A DNA stretch of 64,000 nt from Clostridia bacterium (GTDB lineage Bacteria; Bacillota; Clostridia; Christensenellales; CAG-138): assembly GCA_017523925.1 (NCBI GenBank), contig JAFWVQ010000020.1:12062-76061 (forward strand), given 5' to 3'. The notes below the pieces were generated by a model. That model was not told where the DNA came from. It made no database searches and saw only the letters and a list, made by a program, of their open reading frames with translations. Positions 46,548-56,036 of the stretch are shown one piece after another (the stretch's first letter is position 1; each line of letters starts with the position of its first letter). Position numbers and translations under genes: made by a program.

Positions 46548-47376
46548 TTTTGAAAAACCTCTTGGTGATAAGAGTCAGCGGCCTCTCGGGCTCGGTCTGA
46601 ATGAAAACGCCCTCAAGCAGTTCGGTCAGTGCAGCCTTGTCCACGTAGCGGGTGAGCTTGCCGTTTTCCGCATACGATATAACGCCGGTTTCCTCTGAAA
46701 CAACGAGCGTAAGGCAGTCGGATACGGACGAGATCCCAAGAGCGGCACGATGCCTCGTTCCGAGCTCGCGCGATATGTTCGGATCGTTGAAAAGAGGAAG
46801 CACGCAGGCGGCATAATGAACGCGTCCGTCACGGATGATGACAGCGCCGTCGTGCAGGGGAGTGTTGGGCTCGAAAATGTTTTCAAGCAGCGCGCCGGTG
46901 ATATGCGCATCCACGTTCGTACCCGTAGGCAGGAATTCATCGAGCTTCGTGTCGCGCTCGATAACGATCAGTGCGCCGACCTTGCGCTTTGAGAGCCTTA
47001 TCAGCACGTTCGTCATCTCGCGAACGATGTCTGCGCCATCCGCCTCGGTCCTGCCGGCGATATTGAGCTTGAATCTGCCGAGATGAGCAAGACCGCGCCG
47101 GATCTCTGGCTGAAACAGCACGATAACGATCACAATACCGGAAACAAGCAGCGTGTTCAAAAGATAGTTGACTGTGTAGAGATTGAAAACAGCGCTCAAA
47201 AGCATTATGACCAGCAGCACAACAAGCCCCTTCAACAGCTGAAAGGCACGAGTGTTGACCGAGACGTCGATTATTTTATATACGATAAAGGCGATGATAA
47301 GTATGTCCAACAGATCCTGAAAACGGAACTCCGCAAGACCGTTGCCTATCGCGCTCATTATTTCATCAAAATGCAT
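46528..47376 (-). CDS. cdaA: Diadenylate cyclase CdaA
   Basis: Three TMs; FQPEIR, NTPLHDGA, LGTRHRA, VVSEETG motifs. Confidence 0.95.
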   Translation of the reverse strand: MHFDEIMSAIGNGLAEFRFQDLLDILIIAFIVYKIIDVSVNTRAFQLLKGLVVLLVIMLLSAVFNLYTVNYLLNTLLVSGIVIVIVLFQPEIRRGLAHLGRFKLNIAGRTEADGADIVREMTNVLIRLSKRKVGALIVIERDTKLDEFLPTGTNVDAHITGALLENIFEPNTPLHDGAVIIRDGRVHYAACVLPLFNDPNISRELGTRHRAALGISSVSDCLTLVVSEETGVISYAENGKLTRYVDKAALTELLEGVFIQTEPERPLTLITKRFFKNDNSKR

Positions 47377-47691
47377 TCTGCCCTCCCGGATCGCGCTCAG
47401 GACCGCTCAAGAGCGCAAAAACCAGAAAAATATAATGAAAATCAGGGTATATTGGCTTGCAAAGCCAACACTTTTCCATGCTACCCATTAACTCTACTAT
47501 ATCATAACACAAATCGAATGAAAATTGTAGTCGCTTTTGTTAACTTTTTATGTTTTTTTCATAAGTCGAGCTATATAATCTTTGAAAATAATGAATTATT
47601 CCGAATTCAGAAAACAGTGTTGCAAAAATTGAATAATTGTGCTATAATAGAATGAGTTAATTCTGGAGTGTTATTCAGGCGGTCTTTTATC

Positions 47692-48828
47692 ATGAATGTA
47701 AAAATGATTAGAGAGCCATTTCTTTTGTATGAAACATTGGGAATGGTCGGCAAGTATTATTCGAAGAGTTCCTTCGTTAAAACTGCCGAAGTGCTTATAG
47801 GTAAATACGGAAGTCTATTGACTCCGAGCCAGATCAGTGATCTGAACAGCAACGCTATGCTTGCAGAACAGTTCACTAACGTTGTTTGCGCCGATCTCGA
47901 TTTGGACTCGCCCGACGTCAAATTCTTCTTCAAGCCCTTCGATACCGGAAGGCCAAACGAGCTCAACAACGTTGCGCGCGTTCTGTTGCTCTCGCTTTTG
48001 GGTTTGACGCATACCGATTTCGATGAGCAGATCGAGGAGACCAAAAGGCGCTGGCACAGGTTCCAGGAAGAGGGCGTGGAGATAGTCGAGTTCACAAACG
48101 CGGGCATCTCTCTTATGAGTGCGCATGGCAGGCCGATGCCCACTCTTTTTGAGCAGCTCTATGCGCTTCAGTATCCCCACGAAGCAAAGATGGACGCATT
48201 CAGGGTGCTTGATAATTTCGATTATTATATCGACAAGCTTGCCGATCTGCTTCGTCCGTATTCCATGAGGCTCAAAGAGGGCATGTCGAGGCTTGCGCCC
48301 ATCTACTCGATGACGGCCGATTATTGGGAGCACAGCTTCAAGAGCATGAATCGCGATCAGTTCCTCGAGCTTGTGCGCGTCGATCCCGAAAACGAGAAGT
48401 TCCTCGAAACGAGCGTTGCCGTCAGTCTTTTCTTCTTCAACGAGATCGGTTACGGTTACGACATCGTCAACGGCTCGGATGATGAGATCACCACCATCTT
48501 CATCGGCGCGGCGGTTTATCCCGAGTTCACCAAGGGCTATTCCGAGCGCAGGGCCGATCGTCTTGCCGACATTATGAAGTCCTTCTCCGATCCCATCAAG
48601 CTTGAGATTCTTGCAAAGCTTTCCAAGGGGCCGGACTATTGCCTCAACCTTGCGCAGCAGATGAAGCTCAACGCTGGCAACGTGTCAAGGCATCTTACCT
48701 CTCTCTACGACTGCGGTCTTCTTCTGAAGGAAAGGCATATCGGCAGAACCTACTACAATACCGATATAGAGGCCGTTCGGCACGCTTTTGAGGATGTTGA
48801 GGCGTATATCCTCGGCTCCAACCGTTAA
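47692..48828 (+). CDS. Transcriptional regulator with C-terminal ArsR-type winged helix
   Basis: FSDPIKLEIL...NVSRHLTSLYDCGLL...GRTYY. Confidence 0.75.
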   Translation: MNVKMIREPFLLYETLGMVGKYYSKSSFVKTAEVLIGKYGSLLTPSQISDLNSNAMLAEQFTNVVCADLDLDSPDVKFFFKPFDTGRPNELNNVARVLLLSLLGLTHTDFDEQIEETKRRWHRFQEEGVEIVEFTNAGISLMSAHGRPMPTLFEQLYALQYPHEAKMDAFRVLDNFDYYIDKLADLLRPYSMRLKEGMSRLAPIYSMTADYWEHSFKSMNRDQFLELVRVDPENEKFLETSVAVSLFFFNEIGYGYDIVNGSDDEITTIFIGAAVYPEFTKGYSERRADRLADIMKSFSDPIKLEILAKLSKGPDYCLNLAQQMKLNAGNVSRHLTSLYDCGLLLKERHIGRTYYNTDIEAVRHAFEDVEAYILGSNR

Positions 48829-48887
48829 ACACTGTGCGTGCGGAGTGGACTAGCTATCCTCTCTGCGGAACCGGCGCACGTTGTTTT

Positions 48888-48921
48888 GGCTTCACAAGAC
48901 TCGTTTTTGTGAAGCCGTTTT
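48888..48921 (+). terminator. Intrinsic terminator
   Basis: ggcttcacaa...ttgtgaagccgtttt. Confidence 0.7.
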
Positions 48922-48986
48922 AGTTTATATGCCATCTTTTACCGCAGCTTTTTTCTTCTTTAGCCTGCTTCGCCGTCTTTCTGCCA

Positions 48987-49015
48987 TTGACATAGATTCC
49001 ATTATCGCTTATACT
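48987..49015 (+). promoter_or_regulatory. sigmaA promoter for the NUDIX-radical SAM pair
   Basis: TTGACA-17 nt-TATACT. Confidence 0.7.
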
Positions 49016-49087
49016 TTCATGGGGTTGGAGCGTGATACGAACGGCTATCAGCCACAATTCACTCCTTTCACGTCGGAGGTTCTTAAT

Positions 49088-49510
49088 ATGATTCGCGAAA
49101 AGAGCTGCGGAGCAGTTGTATATACGGAAATAAACGGGGTAACGCATTATCTCATCGTCAGAATGCGCAAGGGTCACTTCGGCATGGCCAAGGGTCACGT
49201 TGAAGAAGGCGAGACCGAGGCGCAGACCGCCGAGCGCGAGATACGCGAGGAGACCGGCCTCACCGTCAAGGTGGACACCGGGTTCCGCAGAAGCATTATG
49301 TATCGTCCCTATCCCGGCTGCCTGAAGGACGTTATCTTCTTCGTTGCGCATTCTTCCAGCACTGACACCGTGCCTCAGCAGGAGGAGATAAGCTCGATCC
49401 GCTGGGCTGCTTACGATGACGCAATGAACATCCTGACCTATGAAAACGATAAGGACGTTTTAAAGCACGCTCGCGAATATCTTGTCAGAACCGGAGCTAT
49501 TAAAAAATGA
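49088..49510 (+). CDS. NUDIX hydrolase (Ap4A hydrolase-like)
   Basis: ATG 49088 after GGAGG; EKSCGAVV, KGHVEEGETEAQTAEREIREETG Nudix box. Confidence 0.9.
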   Translation: MIREKSCGAVVYTEINGVTHYLIVRMRKGHFGMAKGHVEEGETEAQTAEREIREETGLTVKVDTGFRRSIMYRPYPGCLKDVIFFVAHSSSTDTVPQQEEISSIRWAAYDDAMNILTYENDKDVLKHAREYLVRTGAIKK

Positions 49511-50538
49511 CCGGAACCGTGAATAAGCCCATAACGCGCGCAATAATGCTGCAAACGCTCTGCGCTCCGTGCTTTAATTACTGCCGATACTGCCTGCTCT
49601 CGTGGAATGGGCGGATCATTGGCGCACCTTGGGACAGGAGCGCGGCGTATGCAAATCGCTTTTACGATTGGGTTCGCGAAACTCGCCCTGAATTGAAATT
49701 CGATTTTTCCTTCGGCAGCTCCATGGAGCACCCAGAGCTGATCGAAGCGATCGATTTTATGAACTCGATAGACTCGGTAATGGGAAAGTTTCTCCAGCTC
49801 GACGGTATGAAAATGCGAACGGACGATGAACTGGAAGCGCTCTATTCATCGCTTGCAGCGCATGGCGTGCAGAGCGTGGATTTCACCTTCTACGGCACAG
49901 AGGCTTATCACGACCGCTTTGCAGCGCGCAAGGGCGATTACGACCTTATGATAAGGAGCATCCGTTTTGCGCTTGCCGCAGGGATAGCCGTTATTGCGGA
50001 TATCCCGTTGACTGGAGATAACATCGGCATGGTCGAAGCGCTCATTGAAGAATTGCGCGGCGCCGGCTGCACGGATATCCGCTTCCGCATCCCGCACGGC
50101 GAGGGCAGGGGAGTACTGATCGAGCCGATAAGGCTGAAAAAGCATGACTTCGATGCGCTTTCGGACGAACTGAAGACTCATTTAAACCGCAGCGCTTTCA
50201 GAACCGAAGGCGAATGGCTCGCTCTTGCGGAAAGCGGCGAGCTGAAAACGGAGGAAAACCGAACCCTTCTGATCTCGCTGACCGAAAAAAACATCGAGCG
50301 TATTGAGAAGATGCCGTTTGAGGAGCTTATATCGGAGACCGAGGCTTTGGATGAAACCCATTATAATGCGTTCCCGAGCTTTGCGGAGCTTCTGAAAACC
50401 TATGGCGATAGGAACGGTGAAAGGCTGTTTTCCTACCGCGATCTGTTTCATTTTTACAGGAAAAGATACGCGCTCGAGCACGGCGTTAAAGTGTACGATG
50501 TGACCGATGAGCGGCAAAGCGGCTCAAGGAGATATTAA
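49507..50538 (+). CDS. Radical SAM protein
   Basis: CFNYCRYC (CxxxCxxC); FYG...HDRF...G motif; ATGA overlap with the NUDIX gene. Confidence 0.8.
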   Translation: MTGTVNKPITRAIMLQTLCAPCFNYCRYCLLSWNGRIIGAPWDRSAAYANRFYDWVRETRPELKFDFSFGSSMEHPELIEAIDFMNSIDSVMGKFLQLDGMKMRTDDELEALYSSLAAHGVQSVDFTFYGTEAYHDRFAARKGDYDLMIRSIRFALAAGIAVIADIPLTGDNIGMVEALIEELRGAGCTDIRFRIPHGEGRGVLIEPIRLKKHDFDALSDELKTHLNRSAFRTEGEWLALAESGELKTEENRTLLISLTEKNIERIEKMPFEELISETEALDETHYNAFPSFAELLKTYGDRNGERLFSYRDLFHFYRKRYALEHGVKVYDVTDERQSGSRRY

Positions 50539-50565
50539 GAATGTTGAATAACGCAAAATAAAGAG

Positions 50566-50598
50566 TGATCCGAGAATACGCGCGGTATCCTCGGATCT
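50566..50598. terminator. Hairpin between convergent genes
   Basis: gatccgagaatac-gcgcg-gtatcctcggatc. Confidence 0.6.
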
Positions 50599-50627
50599 TT
50601 CATTTGTTGACCGTGTTTTCCCGAAAG

Positions 50628-51362
50628 CTATTTTTTGAGATAGGCGCGGATCGCGGAGCGTGCGAACTGCGCCGTGCCTTCGCCGCAGCGACGATCGATA
50701 TTCGCCTTGAAGCGCTCATCATGAACGTACATTTCGCCAAGCCCGGATAAGATCTCATCGGTGCAGTTATAGAAGTTCGCGCTTATATAGCGTTGAAGCG
50801 ATCCTGCTGCGGCCAGTGCTTTTTCGCCGCATTCCGACTCGCCTTGCCTTAAAAGCTCGCCAAAGCCGTCAAATATCCGCATAAGCCCATCTGCCGCATC
50901 TGCGCACTCTGCTGCGTTTCCTGTGCCGTTCTTCTGCTCAAATTCGCGATATGCCTCGGTTCCGCCCCAGCGTTTTCTCGCTTCCTCGGCGTATTTCTCC
51001 ATTTCTCCTCTGTCAAAGACCGAAAAATCCATAGTTTCATCTCCTCTCAATTGTTTTTCAATATGCTCGATCAGCCTGTTGAGCCGCTGTGCCTTGAGTT
51101 TAAGCAGCTCACACTGATCCCTTAACGCCGCCTTTTCATTGAAGGATGGCGAATCAAGCAGCGCTTTGATCTGAGAAAGCGGCATCTCAAGCTCGCGAAA
51201 CAGCATTATGGTTTCAAGCCGTTTCAGCGTCGCATCATCATACAGCCTGTAACCCGCTTCGGTGAGCTTGGCAGGCGGCAAAAGCCCTATCGCATCATAA
51301 TGATGAAGCGCCCGAACGCTTATCCCCGTCAGCTTGCTGACCTGCTTTACTGTTTTCATCAT
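50628..51362 (-). CDS. MerR family regulator with TipAS-like domain (Mta/TipA-like)
   Basis: VSKLTGISVRALHHYDAIGLL...GYRLY; C-terminal GLGEMYVHDERF...G.AQF. Confidence 0.92.
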   Translation of the reverse strand: MMKTVKQVSKLTGISVRALHHYDAIGLLPPAKLTEAGYRLYDDATLKRLETIMLFRELEMPLSQIKALLDSPSFNEKAALRDQCELLKLKAQRLNRLIEHIEKQLRGDETMDFSVFDRGEMEKYAEEARKRWGGTEAYREFEQKNGTGNAAECADAADGLMRIFDGFGELLRQGESECGEKALAAAGSLQRYISANFYNCTDEILSGLGEMYVHDERFKANIDRRCGEGTAQFARSAIRAYLKK

Positions 51363-51384
51363 GTTTTCCGCCTCCTTTCCCAAT

Positions 51385-51415
51385 ATTATAAACTATAACG
51401 CTGCGTGAGTGTCAA
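51385..51415 (-). promoter_or_regulatory. MerR-type promoter with 19-bp spacer and operator dyad
   Basis: TTGACA-ctcacgcagcgttatagtt (19 nt)-TATAAT. Confidence 0.8.
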
Positions 51416-51487
51416 GATGTTATCTGAAAGAAAACCAAAACTGCGTCTGATATCGAGCAGCAATTAAGTAAAGTTCTTTTGCAAACA

Positions 51488-51520
51488 AAAAAAATCGGAG
51501 CCGAGATCGGTTCCGATTTC
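51488..51520 (-). terminator. rpmE terminator
   Basis: aaatcggagccg-agat-cggttccgattt with U-tract on the minus strand. Confidence 0.75.
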
Positions 51521-51536
51521 TTTATAGCTTGGTGTT

Positions 51537-51737
51537 TTAGTTCATGCCGTAGCGCTTCTTGAACTTATCAACGCGTCCGCCGCTGTCGACCAGCTTCTGA
51601 CGGCCGGTGTAGAAGGGGTGGCACTTGGAGCAGATTTCGACCTTGAGCTCGCCCTTGACGGAACCGCTCTTGAAGGTCTCACCGCAGGCACAGCGAACGA
51701 TGCTCTCGCCGTAGGAAGGATGGATGTCCTTTTTCAT
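51537..51737 (-). CDS. rpmE: 50S ribosomal protein L31 (zinc-binding form)
   Basis: [27 protein letters not shown] motifs. Confidence 0.97.
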   Translation of the reverse strand: MKKDIHPSYGESIVRCACGETFKSGSVKGELKVEICSKCHPFYTGRQKLVDSGGRVDKFKKRYGMN

Positions 51738-51915
51738 TGCTTTCTCCTAATTTTTGGACAGAGGTCGGATGTTTGCTCTGTCTCTAAACTCTTGACGATG
51801 TAACAGCATCATCAAGGCAAAACTTATTATATCACGCAGCATAAGCAAAACGCAATACGATATTCGATAAAAACGCAATATATTTTAACATTTTTCTATA
51901 CATTGCGTTCACCCT

Positions 51916-52734
51916 CTATCTGAACACGCCATGCTTTAGTTTGATCCTTCCAAGCTTATTGAGCAGCGGCTTTGTGAGGATGAGCAGGAAGAACACGGTC
52001 GCCGCCGCAAAGATAAGGTTCATCGGAAGACCCGATGCGTATGCGGCAAGAAACATCTCCCACGTCACGTTTTGGGCTGCGGAGAAAACGTACTGGGTGT
52101 CCATTATCTGCCCGTAGATGCCGACGGTCGCAAAAGCGCCGAATGCACAGAGCAGGAAGAGCTTCCATTTTGATTTGATCTGATCGTTGAAAAGGATGCC
52201 GGAAAGAAAGCCGATCAGCCCGAGCGCGAACATCTGCCAGGGCGTCCAAGGACCCTGACCGAAGAAGAGGTTTGAAACGAAAGCAGTCAGCGCGCCGGTG
52301 ATGAAGCCGGCCTCGCTTCCAAGGGAAACGCCGGTGATTATGACTATCGCCGCGATGGGTTTGAACTGGGGAAGCATCGCAAAAGCGGCCCTGCCGGCAA
52401 CGCCCAAGGCGACCATGACCGCGATAAGCGTCAGCTCCCGCGCTCTCGGGCGGCGCTTTTCAAACACAAAGAAGAACGGCACCATCGAAAACAGGATTAT
52501 CAGCATCGAAACGATATAATACTGCCGATCATGCCATTCGAGCATGCCCACAAGCACAACGCTCGGCACAAAAACGAGTATCAGCACCGCCGAAACTATG
52601 CGCCGTATCAGCCTGCGCTTTTTCTCGTCCGCCTCCATACGCGCGCGAAGCCGCTCGGCTGCAAGAATGCGCTCGTCCGTGCCGCCGCCCGTCATATCAT
52701 GCATGTTCTGTTTTTCATGCGCTGCTTCGTTCAT
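51916..52734 (-). CDS. ECF transporter S component (CbrT-like, probably cobalamin)
   Basis: RELTLIA...GRAAF..LPQFKP, VSNLFFGQGPWTPWQM motifs; lies in a B12-riboswitch operon. Confidence 0.85.
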   Translation of the reverse strand: MNEAAHEKQNMHDMTGGGTDERILAAERLRARMEADEKKRRLIRRIVSAVLILVFVPSVVLVGMLEWHDRQYYIVSMLIILFSMVPFFFVFEKRRPRARELTLIAVMVALGVAGRAAFAMLPQFKPIAAIVIITGVSLGSEAGFITGALTAFVSNLFFGQGPWTPWQMFALGLIGFLSGILFNDQIKSKWKLFLLCAFGAFATVGIYGQIMDTQYVFSAAQNVTWEMFLAAYASGLPMNLIFAAATVFFLLILTKPLLNKLGRIKLKHGVFR

Positions 52735-54476
52735 TGTTCGATCTGTATTCCGCCTTCCGCTGCTTTTACCTTGTCTATCAGCTCCGAGGCCGTTACCGCG
52801 CCGTCCAGTATGCCGTTTGCGATGCGCGCAGCGACCGTGGTGTAAAAATTATTCCCGGAAAGCACAGCTTTCGGCGTTCCGTCCGCGATAACTCCGCCAT
52901 CGAAGAACATTGCAATGCGGTCGGCGAATTCGGCGCAAAATTCGATATCGTGCGAAACAAGGACTATCGCGGTGCCGCGCGAAGTAAGCCGTCTAAGCAG
53001 AACGCCGAATTTTTCCTTGAAAAATGCGTCCATGCCCTTTGTGGCTTCATCAAGAAACAGCACGGATGGCTCGAGCAGCAAAAGCTTTGCGATCGCAGCA
53101 CGCTGCAGCTCACCGCCGCTGATGTCGTATGGGTTTCTGTCGATGATCGAGCCGATCTCCATTAGCGAAACGATCTCATCCAGCTTGCTCGGCTCGAGCT
53201 TATTTCTGTTAACAACGGCTTCAAGCTCCTCGCGCACGCTGTCATGAACGAAGCTCAGTATCGGGTTTTGCAGCAAAACGCCAACGCGCTTGCCGAAAAG
53301 CTCGCCGTCTGAGTATTTGCCTATCGGCTTGCCCTCAAGGAGCACCTTTCCGCGATAGGGCTTATACATGCCGGACGCCGTCATGATGGCTGTGGTTTTG
53401 CCCGCACCGTTTCCGCCGATGATGCAAACAAGCTCTCCCAAACGAACGTCGAAAGAAGCACCCTTGAGAATATCATCGGAGTTGCGTTCGTAGCGGTACC
53501 AGACCTCACGCATCGAAAGCACCGGCTTTTCATCGAAGCCTGCCTTGGAAGCGACCGGTTTCCTGCCTGAATCGAGCGCCGTGGCTTTCCGAACTTTCCC
53601 GCCCGTTTCAGCGGTTTTCTCAAATGATGCCCCATTTTCAGAAAGCGCGGCTTTAAGGTACTGCCTTCCCTCGCGAACCGTCAGCGGGGCGGGGAAATCC
53701 TTCATGCTCTCGGGGCGGGTCCTTGCAAAAAGTGTCATCGCTGTCGGAAGGACGGAGTATAGCTCCGAATCGCCTTCCAATAATTCCGCGCAGCTTCGCG
53801 GACTGCCTGAGTAGTATATGCCGCCGTTTCGCATGAAAACGACCTTGTCGGCAAGCGGAAAAAGCCCCTCGACACGATGCTCGGTTATCACGATCGTTGT
53901 GCCGAGCTCGCTGTTTATACGATGGAGTGTATCGAAAAAATCCGCAGCCGCGATCGGATCGAGCTGGCTCGTGGGCTCATCGAGGATCAAAAGCTTGGGC
54001 TGCATCACCATTACCGAAGCAAGGCAGAGAAGCTGCTTCTGACCGCCGGAAAGCTCGGAAACGGGGGAGTTGAACCACTTCTGTATCCCAAAGAAATTTG
54101 CCATCTCGGCCACGCGCACGCGCATCGTCGCCTGATCCGTGCCGAGGCTCTCAAGCCCGAAGGCGAGCTCATGCCAAACCTTGTCCGTTGCGATCTGCAT
54201 CTCGGGATCCTGCATAACGAACCCGATCTCGGCTGTCTGCCTGCGCAGATCGAGCGCTTCGATCGGCTCGCCATTGAAGATGACAGCTCCGCTCACCTCG
54301 CCGTAAGCGCTCAAAGCGGGCTTCATTCGGCGAAGCAGCGTGGATTTTCCGCAGCCCGAAGGCCCCGCGATCAGCACGAATTCACCTTCGTTGATAGTGA
54401 GGTCAATATTTGAGAGCGCGGCGGCTTCCGCGCCGGGATATAGGAAGCTCAGAGCTTTGATCTCGACAAGTGCCAT
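52731..54476 (-). CDS. ECF transporter duplicated ATPase
   Basis: GPSGCGKS/LSGGQKQ/DEPT and GGNGAGKT/ISGGE/DEAT. Confidence 0.9.
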   Translation of the reverse strand: MALVEIKALSFLYPGAEAAALSNIDLTINEGEFVLIAGPSGCGKSTLLRRMKPALSAYGEVSGAVIFNGEPIEALDLRRQTAEIGFVMQDPEMQIATDKVWHELAFGLESLGTDQATMRVRVAEMANFFGIQKWFNSPVSELSGGQKQLLCLASVMVMQPKLLILDEPTSQLDPIAAADFFDTLHRINSELGTTIVITEHRVEGLFPLADKVVFMRNGGIYYSGSPRSCAELLEGDSELYSVLPTAMTLFARTRPESMKDFPAPLTVREGRQYLKAALSENGASFEKTAETGGKVRKATALDSGRKPVASKAGFDEKPVLSMREVWYRYERNSDDILKGASFDVRLGELVCIIGGNGAGKTTAIMTASGMYKPYRGKVLLEGKPIGKYSDGELFGKRVGVLLQNPILSFVHDSVREELEAVVNRNKLEPSKLDEIVSLMEIGSIIDRNPYDISGGELQRAAIAKLLLLEPSVLFLDEATKGMDAFFKEKFGVLLRRLTSRGTAIVLVSHDIEFCAEFADRIAMFFDGGVIADGTPKAVLSGNNFYTTVAARIANGILDGAVTASELIDKVKAAEGGIQIEQ

Positions 54477-55336
54477 CTGTATGCCTCGATAGAATTCATA
54501 ATTACTGGAATCAAAAGCGTTATCGCGTATATGGCGCAGAACGCAATAAACAACGGAGTGACTTCATTGATCTTAAAGGATGGGAAGAAACGTATGCTGA
54601 TAAGCTTGAAGCCGGATGCGAGCGCAGAGCAGAGCATGCCAAGCGCCAGCAAGCCGCCGATCAGCGCATCCCTGCCGTCGAAGCGGTAGTTTGCAAAGCT
54701 CCTTCTCGGGTGCAGCCCGTAGCCCCTTGCGCGCATGGAATCAGCAGTGGTCACGGAGGTCTCAAGCCCCCAAGTGATCAGCGATGATAGTATGCTGAGG
54801 CCGCTCCTTGCACGCTTTATGACGCTGCCGCCGCCCGTTCCCATGCCCGCGCCGCGCTGCGCATAGGATATTCGCTTGGCCTGGCGTGAAAAGAGCGGAA
54901 CAAAGCGAAGCGCCATCGAGACCACTAGCGATATCGAGGGCGCAAACCTGCCGAGCAGATAAACTATCTTGTCGCTGGTAAATATTTGATTAAAGCATGC
55001 AAACCACAGCACGACCGAAGCGAGCATGGCAGCCGAAGAAGCGCCGTACACGATCGATTCGAGAGTAACGGGATTGTGTCTGAGGTAGAAAAGGGTCGTG
55101 ATGCCGGCATGGTTGAACAGCGGGTTCAGTATCGCCGTAAGAAGCATTATCGGAAGTACGAATTTGAGTATATAACCAATTGCCTTACGGCCGCGCAGCA
55201 TGAAAAGCCATATGAGCGCACAAACAAGAGATATGCCCAAAAGAACCGGATGCATAACAAGCATCGGCATGATAAGAGCGAACGCAAAGAATACGAACGC
55301 AACGATCGGATTTACAGTATCAAACGCATCGCGCAT
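54449..55336 (-). CDS. ECF transporter T component
   Basis: ILNPLFNH, ALRFVP, ADSMRARGYG motifs. Confidence 0.88.
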   Translation of the reverse strand: MRDAFDTVNPIVAFVFFAFALIMPMLVMHPVLLGISLVCALIWLFMLRGRKAIGYILKFVLPIMLLTAILNPLFNHAGITTLFYLRHNPVTLESIVYGASSAAMLASVVLWFACFNQIFTSDKIVYLLGRFAPSISLVVSMALRFVPLFSRQAKRISYAQRGAGMGTGGGSVIKRARSGLSILSSLITWGLETSVTTADSMRARGYGLHPRRSFANYRFDGRDALIGGLLALGMLCSALASGFKLISIRFFPSFKINEVTPLFIAFCAIYAITLLIPVIMNSIEAYRWHLSRSKL

Positions 55337-55352
55337 CTGAAAGGCAACCTCA

Positions 55353-55967
55353 TCAATTTACGGGTGTCGGTGTGGCGTCCGCGTCGAAAATGCAGCCGAC
55401 GTCAACGCCGAAATCGCAGGTGTAGTGCCATTCAACAACATCCCCGTTATTGAGGTTGTATTTGCTGCAGCCGTAGTTCGGGAATTTGCCGTTGACGGAA
55501 TAGGTCCAGCCGCTTCCCTCGCCGCAGTCAAACTCATAAAGATTGTTTATGCCCTTTATATATGCGCTGTCGTAAACGGGTGTATAGGATGCATCCATAT
55601 GGATCTTTCGAGCCATAAGCTCGCGCACCAAAACATCGTAAACGCTATCGCCCTCGTTGAAGATGATCGTGCACTTTTCAAGTATGATGCCGTTCTCGGG
55701 GAGCACCTCAAGTTTGTCCTTGTTGAACTTTTCCATATTGTTCAGAATAGTGGTGCACTCGATATAGAACGTACAGCAAAGCGCTTCCGTATCCTCACCG
55801 GAAGTCGGGGAAGGGGAGGCGCTTTCGGATGAAGCCGGTGAAGCGGGGCCGTTCTCACGATTCGCGCAGGCAGGCGCAAAAGCAATTATGAGCGCGAGCA
55901 AAAAAGCAATGACCTGCAAGGGAAAGGGAAACCCGGCGATTTTATTAAAATTGCAATATGATTTCAT
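55353..55967 (-). CDS. DUF4430 (transcobalamin beta-domain-like) lipoprotein
   Basis: APAC putative lipobox; YIKGINNLYEFDCGEGSGWTYSVNG.FP.YG...WHYTCD. Confidence 0.85.
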   Translation of the reverse strand: MKSYCNFNKIAGFPFPLQVIAFLLALIIAFAPACANRENGPASPASSESASPSPTSGEDTEALCCTFYIECTTILNNMEKFNKDKLEVLPENGIILEKCTIIFNEGDSVYDVLVRELMARKIHMDASYTPVYDSAYIKGINNLYEFDCGEGSGWTYSVNGKFPNYGCSKYNLNNGDVVEWHYTCDFGVDVGCIFDADATPTPVN

Positions 55968-56036
55968 AGTATTTTGATTAAAGCAAAATATGCAATGAAC
56001 GGGCACGGCGGCCCATTCATTGCTTAAAGTTAAAGC

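Noticed and set aside
48881-49087. N-terminal extension of the NUDIX ORF
   Set aside because: Spans a terminator and a promoter; the real start with GGAGG is at 49088.
49507-50538. Prokaryotic viperin call
   Set aside because: Viperin-type motifs around the CxxxCxxC and the GGEP motif are not recognisable; no defence-island context.
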